From a virus, in IMG/VR virus record IMGVR_UViG_3300029775_000005, positions 1 to 42,752 of that record: a stretch of DNA of 42,752 nt; one strand, given 5' to 3'. Of this stretch, positions 7,925 through 17,285 are shown in pieces (the first letter of the stretch is position 1; each line of letters begins with the position of its first letter). The notes under the pieces are model-generated. The model had not been told where the DNA came from. It saw only the letters and a list, made by a program, of their open reading frames with translations, and made no database searches. The translations under genes and the position numbers were made by a program.

Positions 7925-8283
7925 TATGCGCTCCTCCCGACCGTCGTCTGAACCTGGAACGTCGAACCGTGGGTCGAATCGATCAGAACCGGCTCCCGGG
8001 TCTCCCTGCGGTACATGTCGCCGGCCGTCGGGGTGGCGGCCTTATGGACGCCGAGCTCCGTGATCATCGTGTTGAGTTCGCCCGGGTTGACGGTGCAGGT
8101 CCAGGTCACCACGGCGCCGGACTGGGTGACCGTGGCGGCCTTCCGGAGCACCTCGGTCTCGAGGGCGGTGTCCTGGCGGGTCGGGTCGGTCGTGCCGGTG
8201 CCGAAGCTCATCCAGCCGTAGGCCGCCCGGATCAGTTCGGCCGTCCCGGCCAGGCCGTCGTCAACGATTGCTTCGCCTGTCAT
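7924..8283 (-). CDS. Tail-collar / baseplate-fibre attachment protein
   Basis: FGTGTTDPTRQDTALETE...ELGV resembles the P2 gpH N-terminal type domain. Confidence 0.65.
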   Translation of the reverse strand: MTGEAIVDDGLAGTAELIRAAYGWMSFGTGTTDPTRQDTALETEVLRKAATVTQSGAVVTWTCTVNPGELNTMITELGVHKAATPTAGDMYRRETREPVLIDSTHGSTFQVQTTVGRSA

Positions 8284-8324
8284 GCCGGAGGGGTCGGCCG
8301 GAGGCGGTTAAAAAGGAAAGTCGG
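8281..8324 (-). promoter_or_regulatory. Late-promoter element, copy 1
   Basis: CCGAC at -41, TTTTTAA at -31..-25 and CCGAC at -14 relative to ATG 8283. Confidence 0.8.
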
Positions 8325-8326
8325 GG

Positions 8327-9001
8327 TTACTGCTCAAATGGGGTGACGAGGGCCGGCCCGGTCGCCAGGGTCAGGTATTTCCCGCCGTAGGGGTATGTGC
8401 CCCAGGGCGAGAGGCCCCATCCGCCTCTGCTCCCGGTATTGATGACCATGATCGTGCTCGGCCGGGTTCCCAGGGCCAGGTCGAGCGGGGTGAGGTCGAT
8501 CGTCGTCTGGTTGATGTTGAACGCCACGCCGGCTGCCTTTCCGCGGTTCACCTGGTCCTCGAGGATCGCCAGGCTGAACGGGAGGGTATTCTCGCCGGCC
8601 AGCCGGATCCTGAACGATGCATCCGGGTCGTAGGCCTGCCGCTCGAGGATCTCGACCTGCTCCGCCGGGCAGCCGGTGACCCGGGATACGATCGTCTTGA
8701 TGTCCTGGACGGTGCCGCAACTCAGCCGCTGCGCCTGCGCCCCCAGGATCCGGCTCCGGTAGTCGTCGTCGGTCTCGAAGAGTTCCCGGCTGCAGCTGAA
8801 GAGGGCGCCGATGGCGTCCAGGCTCGCTCCCGTTGCCCGGAGGATGTGGTGGGCGTCGACGACCCGGGCGAGGGTCTCCTGCAGGGCATTCATCTCATCG
8901 GCGGTGACGGCCAGGGTGCGATAGGTTACCGTCTCCCGGCCGCGCCGGAAGGCTGAGGGCAGCCGGTCCATCATCCGGTCGGCTCGTTCAGTCCCGTCCA
9001 T
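8327..9001 (-). CDS. Baseplate wedge protein (gpI-like)
   Basis: GASLDAIGALF...ETDDDYRSRI...KAAGV; position after baseplate J. Confidence 0.75.
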   Translation of the reverse strand: MDGTERADRMMDRLPSAFRRGRETVTYRTLAVTADEMNALQETLARVVDAHHILRATGASLDAIGALFSCSRELFETDDDYRSRILGAQAQRLSCGTVQDIKTIVSRVTGCPAEQVEILERQAYDPDASFRIRLAGENTLPFSLAILEDQVNRGKAAGVAFNINQTTIDLTPLDLALGTRPSTIMVINTGSRGGWGLSPWGTYPYGGKYLTLATGPALVTPFEQ

Positions 9002-9002
9002 C

Positions 9003-10103
9003 TCACGTCACCGTGATGCTGTGGGTTCCGCCGACGGCCATCTCGCCCGTCCCGATCGTGATGTGCTGCCCGAACCCGGAGATAGTCGTCGTGCCGTCCG
9101 TCGCCGAGATTGCGGTGATCCAGTCGACGCCGGCCGCGCTCAGAACGGTCTCGACGACGTCGGAGAACTGGACGTCCGCGCCCAGGCTGAGGCCGGCGAA
9201 ATATTCCGCCAGGGCGGCCTCGATCGCCAGCTGGACTTCGCTCGGGTTCGCGTCGCCCATCGCCTGGGCGGCGACCGAGACTGTGACCGTCCGGGGTGTC
9301 GGGCGGATATGCGTCGCGGCGATCCCGGCCGCCCGGGTTGCCTCGAGGGCGGCGATGATGTCCGGGTCGTCGCCGCCGATCACCGTGGCCGTGATCGTGT
9401 TGTCCGTCTGGTTTTCTGCGACCAAAACGCTCGAAACACCGGATACGCTCAACAGGGCGTTTTCAATCGCACCGATGGTTGCCTTGGCTCCCGGGGTGTA
9501 TCGGATCGTCCGGTATCGGAGGGCCGAGTCGCTCTCCGCTGCCGCGCCGCCGGTGGTGGGGTCGGCGTTCGTGGCGGTCTCGATGCCCGGCACCGTGCCG
9601 GCCAGGGAGGTGATCGTGCCGGCGGAGACGTTCCCCTCCGGGCCCGGGGCGACCGCCCGGATCGGGACGTCGACCTGGGTCTCGCCGCGCTTGAGGATCC
9701 GGACTTCGGTGGTCTCGAAGGCGACCATGCCGTCCTGGGTGAGGAGCCGGGTGCCGGCCGGGATCGGGTAGTCCTGCGCGGCCGGGAGCGACCGGGCGAG
9801 GGTGACGGTGCCGGTCGCCCGGGTCGCCGGGGTGCGGACGATCCCCACCAGGCGGACCGTCTCGTCCAGGCTGGCGCCCGTCGCGTACTGGATATATCCG
9901 GCGTAGTAGGACGCCTCGGTGGTCTCCCACAGGGTCGCCATCTCGGCCGCGACGTCCTGGAGGAACTGCTGCAGCGGACTGGTATCGGTCAGGTCGATAT
10001 CGGGGCCGAGCCGGCTCCGGGCCCGCTCCTGGAGGTCGGCCAGGATCGCGCTGTAGGGCTTTCCGGCGAACCCGGTATCGGTGACGCCGTAGTCGGGGCT
10101 CAT
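9003..10103 (-). CDS. Baseplate J-like protein
   Basis: ATGASLDE...ATRATGTV...IPAGT...AVAPGPEGNV...GGAAAESDSALR. Confidence 0.92.
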   Translation of the reverse strand: MSPDYGVTDTGFAGKPYSAILADLQERARSRLGPDIDLTDTSPLQQFLQDVAAEMATLWETTEASYYAGYIQYATGASLDETVRLVGIVRTPATRATGTVTLARSLPAAQDYPIPAGTRLLTQDGMVAFETTEVRILKRGETQVDVPIRAVAPGPEGNVSAGTITSLAGTVPGIETATNADPTTGGAAAESDSALRYRTIRYTPGAKATIGAIENALLSVSGVSSVLVAENQTDNTITATVIGGDDPDIIAALEATRAAGIAATHIRPTPRTVTVSVAAQAMGDANPSEVQLAIEAALAEYFAGLSLGADVQFSDVVETVLSAAGVDWITAISATDGTTTISGFGQHITIGTGEMAVGGTHSITVT

Positions 10104-10444
10104 ACCCTCACCTGCTCGCCGGCGGGGGTCATGACGTCGATCTGGACGGTGGCCGCCCGGGTCGCCGGGTCCCGGGTGATCTGGATGCCCTGGATCGCCT
10201 GGACGTGCGGGTATTGTCGGACGGCCGCCCGGATCTCACCGGCGATCTCCCGGTCGGTTCCGGAGACCAGGGCCTGGACGTTCGTTCCCCACCGGGGGTT
10301 AAACGGGCTGCTCCCGGTCGCGCTCCGGAGGAGAACCCGGAGATCCTGAGCGACCTTGTCGGTGCCCTCGATCATGTGGAGCCGTCTCCGGGCGAGGAGG
10401 AGGTCTCCGTCGTCGGTCATGGCGAGCGTTTTTCCGTATCCCAT
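10100..10444 (-). CDS. Sheath initiator (gp25/XkdS/DUF2634-like)
   Basis: Q.LRVLLRSATGSSPFNPRWG; located immediately before baseplate J. Confidence 0.8.
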   Translation of the reverse strand: MGYGKTLAMTDDGDLLLARRRLHMIEGTDKVAQDLRVLLRSATGSSPFNPRWGTNVQALVSGTDREIAGEIRAAVRQYPHVQAIQGIQITRDPATRAATVQIDVMTPAGEQVRV

Positions 10445-10485
10445 GCCTGTGGCGTCGGTGGCAGGCAGTTAAAAAGGGGAGTCGG
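10442..10485 (-). promoter_or_regulatory. Late-promoter element, copy 2
   Basis: Same spacing relative to ATG 10444. Confidence 0.8.
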
Positions 10486-10509
10486 TAGTTTAATGCCGGC
10501 GGGGGCTCA

Positions 10510-10692
10510 ATGCCGGATATGGATGAATCTCTTTACGAGCGCTCGCTCCGGGAGTGGGCGCTGCGTCGGCAACCGCGCGGCCGATGTCATGTCTGTGGGG
10601 CGCCGCTCAACTGGCGTGAGGGTGATGACGGGAACGACGAATATGTCTGCATGAATCCCAGCTGTCTGGGAGAGAGCCCTAAAGTCGTATAG
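10510..10692 (+). CDS. Small antisense zinc-ribbon protein, 60 aa
   Basis: CHVCG...CMNPSC; fills the gap between spike-tip and sheath-initiator genes. Confidence 0.6.
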   Translation: MPDMDESLYERSLREWALRRQPRGRCHVCGAPLNWREGDDGNDEYVCMNPSCLGESPKVV

Positions 10693-10853
10693 CATCTTAT
10701 GGTTTATGGCTGCCCCGGTCCTCCTCCGGCCGGCCTCCCTTGGGGAATCGGGCTGATATCGGGGCCGGGTTACTCATCAAGAGGGTGATCAGTCGGATCG
10801 GGCTCCGTTCCCTGGTTCCCGGGCAGGTAACTGGATTACGGGAAATAACCGTT

Positions 10854-12422
10854 TCACGCAGAACCGTCGAAGACGTGATCGTTGTGGGTGACGGTGATCC
10901 CCGTCATCGTGTGCGGCGCGGACGAGACGTCGCCCTCCCTGCAGACCGGGATGCCGTTGATAAAAATATGGGGGCTGCCTCCGGTGCTCGCGCCGGCGGC
11001 GCCGGTGCCACAATGCACCGTGAAGTCCTCGCTCTCCTGGACGACGAGCCGGCCGCCGATCCGGACGTGGGTCTGCCGGTCCACCGGGGAGATGGGCCAG
11101 GGCCCTCCTCCGCTGAGCTCCTTGTGGTCCGGCAGGGCGGTATCAGTGTCGCCCTCGACCGCGATCCGGAGGATGGCGGTGAGGACGGCTATCGGTTCGT
11201 GTCCTCCGGTGCTCGGGGCCGTGGTCCCGGCGATGCCGGTGACCTGCAGGGTGACGGTATAGGTGCCTATTTGCCGGTAGACGTGGACCGGGTTCTGTTC
11301 CGTGGAGATGATCCCGTCGCCGAAGTCCCAGAGCCAGCCGGTGATCCCCTCGCCGGTGCTCATGTCGGTGCAGGTCAGCACATTACCTTCCAAGGCGAGG
11401 CTAAATGCTACGACGGGCGGTTCTCCGTAGGTGATCAGGGCGTCCCGGAGGGCGAGGTTCGTGATGGCGATCCAGGCGGGGGAGCGGGCGATGGAGGAGA
11501 CGGTGGCGAGGTAGATGTCGTATTTGCCAAACCCCGCAACTATATTAGGTCCGGCGATGTTAAATGCAGTTGGGGTTGACAGGGCCACATTTGCAGAAAT
11601 ACTGCTAGTATGGTTCCCGTTCCCGTGTGAGGCGAAAGTCTTTTTATCCCATGTCCACACGGCATGAAATATGCTCCCTCCTCCTGTTATGTAGGGGATC
11701 GTTGGACGCTGGAGCAGCGTGCCGTCTGATTTTTTCAGGAATCCTGCGAGCCGGTCGGGGTGTTCGGTGAGAGGGTCTATCCGTGCCCCAAATTGATTGT
11801 TACCCCCGAGCCCCCCATAATGAGGCGCAGGCGTCCGGGCGAAGAACTCGCATGTAAACCCACCCGCCAGATCCACCGGGTTTGCCGTTAATGCTCGATC
11901 GTCCACCCCGTCATATGAGTAGCACGCCCCGAGCGGCCCGGTCGTCGGCGTCGCGCCGTAGATCGTCGCATGGTTGCCGTTCGGCGACGAGTCGAGCAGC
12001 AGCCCGCCGGAGGGCTTGTGCCAGACGCCCGCGTAGCCGTTCGTCCACACCTGCTGCGCCGCCGGTTCTCCGGTATCCCCAACGTATACTGTGTTGTCAG
12101 GCTGATTGGAGTCGTAGTAGAGGTAGAGCCGGGTCGGCTGTACCGATGATATCAAGGGAACTTTAACCCAGAGCCAGGCCTTTTTATTCGTCTGATCCCA
12201 TTCCTTGATCTCGACGTAGCACTGGGTTGTCCGGTCGTCGGTGGTGACCGCGATCTTCTTCCGGTTCGCCGCGCTCCCGAGCGCCTCAAAAACCTTAGAG
12301 TGGTCGTATCCTCCCTTGCCGGCCGATGCCGAAAGGGCGACCATCACCGGGATGTCGGTTAGGTCCTCGGCCGCCGGGTCGAGGACGAGTGCAATCGGCG
12401 GGTTTCCGCATTCAATACTCAT
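10854..12422 (-). CDS. Spike-tip protein: DUF2341-like + LamG/ConA-like + PKD + C-terminal PAAR-like
   Basis: CYVEIKEWD...AWLWVKVP...LYLYY; DSSPNGNH; WLWDFGDG...QNPVHVY...YTVTL; VRIGG...HC...IFINGIPVCREGD...HVFDG; lies next to the spike gene. Confidence 0.8.
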   Translation of the reverse strand: MSIECGNPPIALVLDPAAEDLTDIPVMVALSASAGKGGYDHSKVFEALGSAANRKKIAVTTDDRTTQCYVEIKEWDQTNKKAWLWVKVPLISSVQPTRLYLYYDSNQPDNTVYVGDTGEPAAQQVWTNGYAGVWHKPSGGLLLDSSPNGNHATIYGATPTTGPLGACYSYDGVDDRALTANPVDLAGGFTCEFFARTPAPHYGGLGGNNQFGARIDPLTEHPDRLAGFLKKSDGTLLQRPTIPYITGGGSIFHAVWTWDKKTFASHGNGNHTSSISANVALSTPTAFNIAGPNIVAGFGKYDIYLATVSSIARSPAWIAITNLALRDALITYGEPPVVAFSLALEGNVLTCTDMSTGEGITGWLWDFGDGIISTEQNPVHVYRQIGTYTVTLQVTGIAGTTAPSTGGHEPIAVLTAILRIAVEGDTDTALPDHKELSGGGPWPISPVDRQTHVRIGGRLVVQESEDFTVHCGTGAAGASTGGSPHIFINGIPVCREGDVSSAPHTMTGITVTHNDHVFDGSA

Positions 12423-12904
12423 ACGATCTCGCCTCCGTTCAGGTGGATGTCCCGGGCGGTCAGGACGATATCGCCCTCGTCGGTGATCTTGATGCTTGCA
12501 CCGCTCCGGTGCTGCAGCAGGATCTCGCCCGGGGCAAGGGCGGGGCAGTCGTCCTCGTCGGTGATCGGGCCGCCGAGGATAACCGCGTTGCTGATGCTGA
12601 ACCGCACCAGGGGGTTGATCTCCGCCGGCTCGCCGTCCCGGAGCTGGAGGTCCCGGTCGTGCTTCGTGAACCCGACTAGGACCGTGTCGCCCGGGCCCGG
12701 GGCGATGAAGAGGGTGCTCCCGCCGAGCCGGGGCCAGGCGGCCGGGACGTTCCGGATCTCGACCCGTTCGCCGCCGGTCATCCCCTTCAGGACGACGTCG
12801 GCCCGGAGCCGGTCTCGCGTCCGGACGACCGTCGCCAGGGCCAGGGTGTTCATGCCGGCGAGCCGCTGCTCGATCAGACTGATGACCCCTTCGCCGGCCC
12901 TCAT
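12419..12904 (-). CDS. Baseplate central spike (gpV/Gp138-like OB-fold)
   Basis: NVPAAWPRLGG...PGPGDTVLVGF...RFSISNAVILGG...GASIKI..GDI. Confidence 0.85.
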   Translation of the reverse strand: MRAGEGVISLIEQRLAGMNTLALATVVRTRDRLRADVVLKGMTGGERVEIRNVPAAWPRLGGSTLFIAPGPGDTVLVGFTKHDRDLQLRDGEPAEINPLVRFSISNAVILGGPITDEDDCPALAPGEILLQHRSGASIKITDEGDIVLTARDIHLNGGEIV

Positions 12905-13770
12905 AGCGCCTTCACCTCGATGCTCGTCGTATAGTCTCCTCCGCTGCTGCTCCCGCTGTGGTCGAGTTTCACGACTCGGTAGTTCCCGGCCACCGTCCGG
13001 CCCTCAATGACGATCGTGCTGTCGAGGGCGATCCGGTGCTCGAGCAGGGTCGTGACCTTGTAGTCGGAGTCGCCGCCCTCGTCCGTCTTCGGCTGGATCT
13101 CCTGGAGGCCGGTCGCGCTCGAGACCAGGACGGCCGTGCCGGCCGGCCGGCTCCGGGGGGCGAAATGGAGCATGTTGTTCGCGATCGTCGTTATCCAGGG
13201 GTCTATCGGCCCGAGCGGCTGGTAGGGCTTTCGCCATCCGATATCGGGATCGTCCCGGCTCAGGGCGCCGTTGACCCGGTTGGCGACCTCCTGCAGGACG
13301 GCCGCCGGGGTGCCGTAGAGGGTGATCTCCTGCTCGGCGGTGGTGCCGGGATCCTCGATCGTGCCCGGGGCGATGCCGGCCAGCCGGCAGGCCTCCCGGA
13401 CCGCCTGGACGTGCCGGCCACCGGCCGGGAGGAGGATCGTGATCCGCTGCGCGTCCCGGAGTTCCTGCAGGGCGTCCAGGGCGGTGACGACCGTCCCGGT
13501 GTCGGCTCCGTCCCGGGTCTGGTGCACGGTGTCGATCTTGCCGAGGAATATGCCGCCGTAGTCGTCCTGGTATCCGGCGATCACCTGGATCGGCGTATCC
13601 TTCTCGAAGAGGGCCCGGGTCGCCGGCCCCAGGTTCCAGATCGTGACTTCGGCCTTCGCCGCGGCCTCCTGTCCGCCGGCCTCGACGCTGAACTCGATAT
13701 CGATCTCGTCGCCGTAAAACGTCCGGGTGGGGAGCCGGACTTCGACGTGACGAATCCACTTTTCCGTCAC
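12901..13770 (-). CDS. Baseplate hub protein, 289 aa
   Basis: GTG start overlapping the upstream TGA; IEFSV...AEVTIWNL...AGY...IFLG. Confidence 0.8.
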   Translation of the reverse strand: MTEKWIRHVEVRLPTRTFYGDEIDIEFSVEAGGQEAAAKAEVTIWNLGPATRALFEKDTPIQVIAGYQDDYGGIFLGKIDTVHQTRDGADTGTVVTALDALQELRDAQRITILLPAGGRHVQAVREACRLAGIAPGTIEDPGTTAEQEITLYGTPAAVLQEVANRVNGALSRDDPDIGWRKPYQPLGPIDPWITTIANNMLHFAPRSRPAGTAVLVSSATGLQEIQPKTDEGGDSDYKVTTLLEHRIALDSTIVIEGRTVAGNYRVVKLDHSGSSSGGDYTTSIEVKAL

Positions 13771-14057
13771 CAGACCACCCAAACGTCGGCCCCGGCCCGG
13801 TCGACCGTCCGGGGCAGGATGCTCATGATCGGTAGGGCAGTCTCCGGATCCCGGATCTCGATCGGCCAGTTCGGGGCGATCTTGCCGATCCAGAGGGTCG
13901 CTCCGGTGCCGGCGTCGGCGACCTCGAGCGTGGCGTAGTCCGCCTGGTAGTTCCAGCGCCAGAACAGGTCGTAGGTCGTGCCGGCGACGACGATCCGCTG
14001 TCGCTGTGGCCATCCGAGCCGCTTGTCGAACGGCAGGGTTCGGACGGGTTCGGTCAT
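13767..14057 (-). CDS. Small baseplate (plug-like) protein
   Basis: Position and YDLFWRWN pattern typical of Mu-like baseplate modules. Confidence 0.65.
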   Translation of the reverse strand: MTEPVRTLPFDKRLGWPQRQRIVVAGTTYDLFWRWNYQADYATLEVADAGTGATLWIGKIAPNWPIEIRDPETALPIMSILPRTVDRAGADVWVVW

Positions 14058-14611
14058 TTCAGGGCCTCCTTCAGGGCGTCGACCTCGTCACTATGCTCCA
14101 TCAGGACGTCGATCCACTCCTCGCCGTCCCGAGGTTTCCTCGGGGCCCGGTCGACCTCCTTCGTCGGCGGGGCCTGCGCGACGGTGCTGCCTGGCATCTC
14201 CTCCTTCGCTGCCGGGACCTCGAAGGCGATCGTCGTGAGCCGGGAGACCGCCGTCCGGACGCGCTTGAATTTGACGGTCGCCGGGATCCCGGTCTCGCTG
14301 CTGTCGCCGAGGAGCCGGATACTCTCAATCATGCAGTCGGGGTAATGGCCCCATCGGGTGATGACGAGAAACCGGGTTCTGTGCTCCTGCAGGGCCTGCA
14401 GGGCGTCCAGGTCGCCGCGCTCCTCGAAGAGGAAGACCGAGGCCGAGAACGTCTCCGGGCCGGGGTGCGCGTGGTCGGCGACCTCATACTGGTCTTCGAC
14501 CGGGTGCTGCGGGATCGTGGTCGGGGCCGTCATGTCCATCTGTGCCAGGCCGGTATAGTTCCGGCCGGCGATCGTAATGATCCGGGGATCGTCGTCTGTA
14601 TCGGGACTCAT
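14054..14611 (-). CDS. Tail tube initiator / Dit-like protein
   Basis: HPVEDQYEVADH...MIESI...F; follows the tape measure. Confidence 0.75.
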   Translation of the reverse strand: MSPDTDDDPRIITIAGRNYTGLAQMDMTAPTTIPQHPVEDQYEVADHAHPGPETFSASVFLFEERGDLDALQALQEHRTRFLVITRWGHYPDCMIESIRLLGDSSETGIPATVKFKRVRTAVSRLTTIAFEVPAAKEEMPGSTVAQAPPTKEVDRAPRKPRDGEEWIDVLMEHSDEVDALKEALK

Positions 14612-16197
14612 GTGGTCGCTCCTGCTCCGTGCGCCCGGAGGTCCTGCACCAGCCGGCGGTCGGCCTCGTCGGCCGCCAGCCCGCCGGCCTCCTTCACCAC
14701 GCGCTTAAACTCCTCGTCGTCCATCCGCGTGGCCACCTCCGGGATATTGACGTTCACCTCGAGCCGGTCGACCTTGGTTCCGGTCGCCGGGCCCTGTGCG
14801 GCCTCCAGCGGGAGGAGGGTGCGGGCGGCGTTGTAGCCGATCCCCATCGGGGTCAGGCTGAACAACGTTCGTGCGGCCGTCAGGGCGACCTGGATCGCCG
14901 GGTTTTCGAGTGCCTGGTTGATCACCGTCGCGGCGTTCTTGAACCCATCCCGGACCCGGTCGATCATGCCGCGGAGCCAGTCCATGGCTGTGTTGACGTC
15001 CTCGATCGCCGGCTGGAGGAACTCGGTGAGCCAGTCGACGGCCCCTTTGACCGCGCTGTTATCCCATCCGTTCGCCCATATGTCATGCAGGAGCCAGAGC
15101 GCCGCGATAATGGCCCCGATGATGAGCAGCCAGGGGGCGGCCGCCAGGGTCGCGGTGCCGATGCTCGCCGCGAAGGCGGTGACTCCAACGCTCGATATAC
15201 TGAGCGTGGCGCCGAGGTAGGTCGCCGCGGCCGCGGACGTGAGCAGGGGGCCGATCAGGCCCAGGGCGCCGGTGGTGGTGAGGGCCAGGAGCCCGACGAT
15301 CGTCTTGATGGGGCCGGGGGCGTCCTTCATTATGGATAACACTCCGGATATTGCCTCCAGCAGGAGCATCTGTGCCGGGATCGTCGTGCCAGCGATCTCC
15401 TGGGAGACCTCCTCCTGCAGGGCGGCGATCCGAGCCATCTCGTCGCCGTAGGAGCCGTAGGCCATCTCGGTCTCCTCGACCATGGCCTTCGCCTGTCTCA
15501 TGACCTCCTGTTGGTAGGCGAGTTTCCGCTCGTTCTCCGTGAGGGCTCCGGTGGATTTCCCGATGCTCGTCGCGTAGTCCTTGTATGCCTTCTCCGCGTC
15601 GACGATGATTCCGAGGTTATCGAGGATGAGTTTCGACTGCCGGGCCGTTCCGGTTACGATGCTCTGGTAGTAGTAGGAGACGTCGCCGCCGAACCGTTTA
15701 GATGCCGCCCGGGCGGCCTCCATCATCGAGGGGATGGCTTCGGCGTCGATCCCCATCATCATCGCGTAGTTCGCCTGCTTGATTTGCTCGTAGGCCGAGA
15801 CGGTGCCGGCGGCCGCCCGGTCCATTCCATCGAGCATCGCGTCTGCGTCCGATCCGAGGGTCTTGCGGAAATTGGCCAGCATGCTCTCATATTCACCGGC
15901 CCGCTTCGCCTGGTTCGTCAGCATCCAGGCTCCGGCGGCTCCGGCGACCGTCATGGCGGCGCCCAGGGCGGCGACCGCGGCCTGGTTCTCCTCGAGTCGC
16001 CGGGTCACGCCGCCGAGGATCCCGCCGGCCCGGTCGGTCTGCTGCTGGAGTTTGTCGACGTCCTGCTGCAGGCCCTGGACTCGAGGCTTGGTCCGGTCCA
16101 TCGCCTGGTTGACCTGGGAGAGCGGCGCGGTCGCCTTGTCCACCAGGGTGATGGCCGCGTAGAGGCCCCGGACCATGCCTGCCGGGTTCGCTGTCAT
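14608..16197 (-). CDS. Tape measure protein, 529 aa
   Basis: Ala-rich helical protein with a hydrophobic middle; IVTGTARQSKLILDNLGI motif; follows the chaperones. Confidence 0.9.
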   Translation of the reverse strand: MTANPAGMVRGLYAAITLVDKATAPLSQVNQAMDRTKPRVQGLQQDVDKLQQQTDRAGGILGGVTRRLEENQAAVAALGAAMTVAGAAGAWMLTNQAKRAGEYESMLANFRKTLGSDADAMLDGMDRAAAGTVSAYEQIKQANYAMMMGIDAEAIPSMMEAARAASKRFGGDVSYYYQSIVTGTARQSKLILDNLGIIVDAEKAYKDYATSIGKSTGALTENERKLAYQQEVMRQAKAMVEETEMAYGSYGDEMARIAALQEEVSQEIAGTTIPAQMLLLEAISGVLSIMKDAPGPIKTIVGLLALTTTGALGLIGPLLTSAAAATYLGATLSISSVGVTAFAASIGTATLAAAPWLLIIGAIIAALWLLHDIWANGWDNSAVKGAVDWLTEFLQPAIEDVNTAMDWLRGMIDRVRDGFKNAATVINQALENPAIQVALTAARTLFSLTPMGIGYNAARTLLPLEAAQGPATGTKVDRLEVNVNIPEVATRMDDEEFKRVVKEAGGLAADEADRRLVQDLRAHGAGATT

Positions 16198-16238
16198 GCT
16201 GGAGGCGTCGGGGGCCGGGGTTTAAAAAGAGGAGTCGG
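16195..16238 (-). promoter_or_regulatory. Late-promoter element, copy 3
   Basis: Same spacing relative to ATG 16197. Confidence 0.8.
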
Positions 16239-16341
16239 ATTTTATGGATCGATCGCTTTTACCGGGAGACCTCTCCCGGCCCGGGTGTTCCCCTGGAACA
16301 TCCTTATCGCACAGGGCCGGGGACGGGAAAAAGGGGGGGCG

Positions 16342-16614
16342 TTACAGCCGCCGTTTGATAATCCGATCCCCTTCATGGACGTAGATTGTGCCGCTTGAAG
16401 GGGTTTTCGGTGCGGCAGGTGCGGCACGGGTGCCGGCCTGCGCCTGGACGGCCTTCCGCGTCTCCTCGGCCATCAGCTGGAGGGCGGTCCGCCACCGGGC
16501 GATCTTCGCCAGGGGCCAGGCCATCACCTCATCTATATCGGTGTGGGTCTCCCGGGCGATCACGTAGAGGTCCAGGTCCTCCTGGACCTCCGCCTCGATC
16601 GCCTCTACTGAAAA
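16342..16614 (-). CDS. C-terminal (T-like) extension of the tail assembly chaperone, reached by -1 frameshift
   Basis: Open -1 frame FSVEAIEAEVQEDLDLYVIARETH... beginning at the G GAT TTT site. Confidence 0.65.
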   Translation of the reverse strand, partial: FSVEAIEAEVQEDLDLYVIARETHTDIDEVMAWPLAKIARWRTALQLMAEETRKAVQAQAGTRAAPAAPKTPSSGTIYVHEGDRIIKRRL

Positions 16615-16898
16615 TCCAGGCCGTGGATCCGGGTGATCGTGCCGGTCAGTTCAAACCAGGCCCGGGCGGGGAGGGCCTTGATCTCCTCCCGGGTCATCGC
16701 CGGTTCGACGCAGAGGGCGATCAGCTCGACCAGGGCGTCCTCCTCGCCGGCGCCCGATTTGACCGGGCGCTTCATCGCCCGGGTAAGCTCGTAGCCGGAG
16801 ACCTCCCGGATCCGGTACTCCGTGCCGTCGATCGTCAGGGTGGTGCCGGCCGGCTCCTCCTCGGGTTCAGGCTGTTTCTTCCGGGCGGCCATGCTCAC
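16605..16898 (-). CDS. Tail assembly chaperone (G-like), 97 aa
   Basis: Acidic protein between tube and tape measure; ends in G GAT TTT CAG TAG. Confidence 0.8.
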   Translation of the reverse strand: MSMAARKKQPEPEEEPAGTTLTIDGTEYRIREVSGYELTRAMKRPVKSGAGEEDALVELIALCVEPAMTREEIKALPARAWFELTGTITRIHGLDFQ

Positions 16899-17281
16899 CT
16901 CGGGTCCTCATTGATCTTGAGGGCCAGGCCCTCGATCGTGACGTCGTTCGCCTCCGGCCCCTGATCGCCGGTATCGACCTTGGTGATCACGGCCTGCAGG
17001 CACCGGGTGACCTCCGTTGGGCTCTTGAATATGACTTCCGTCGCGGTGAACTCGTCCCGGAGCTGCTTGGCGTAGGGGACGATGCTGCTCGTCGCCTTGA
17101 CCACCAGGCGCCAGGCGGGTTTCGGGGGTTTCCGGTTGTAGCCGCTCGGGCCGGTGGTCGCGTCGATATGCGTGATCTCGGGGTTCACGTCCTTCCAGAA
17201 CGTCTGGAACCCGTCGACCACCCGGCCGCCGAGGCTCACCTCGCAATCGGTCGCGTTCCAGGATTTAATGTCGTCTGCCAT
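16895..17281 (-). CDS. Tail tube protein, 128 aa
   Basis: Directly after the sheath; beta-rich, with typical size. Confidence 0.8.
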   Translation of the reverse strand: MADDIKSWNATDCEVSLGGRVVDGFQTFWKDVNPEITHIDATTGPSGYNRKPPKPAWRLVVKATSSIVPYAKQLRDEFTATEVIFKSPTEVTRCLQAVITKVDTGDQGPEANDVTIEGLALKINEDPR

Positions 17282-17285
17282 CTCA

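Noticed and set aside
6983-12422. Diversity-generating retroelement acting on the fibre or lectin domains
   Set aside because: No reverse transcriptase and no template/variable repeat pair seen in the window
16560-16607. Pyrrolysine or other read-through of the chaperone TAG
   Set aside because: The in-frame continuation is a short Arg-rich stretch ending in TGA; the -1 frame explains the downstream coding region
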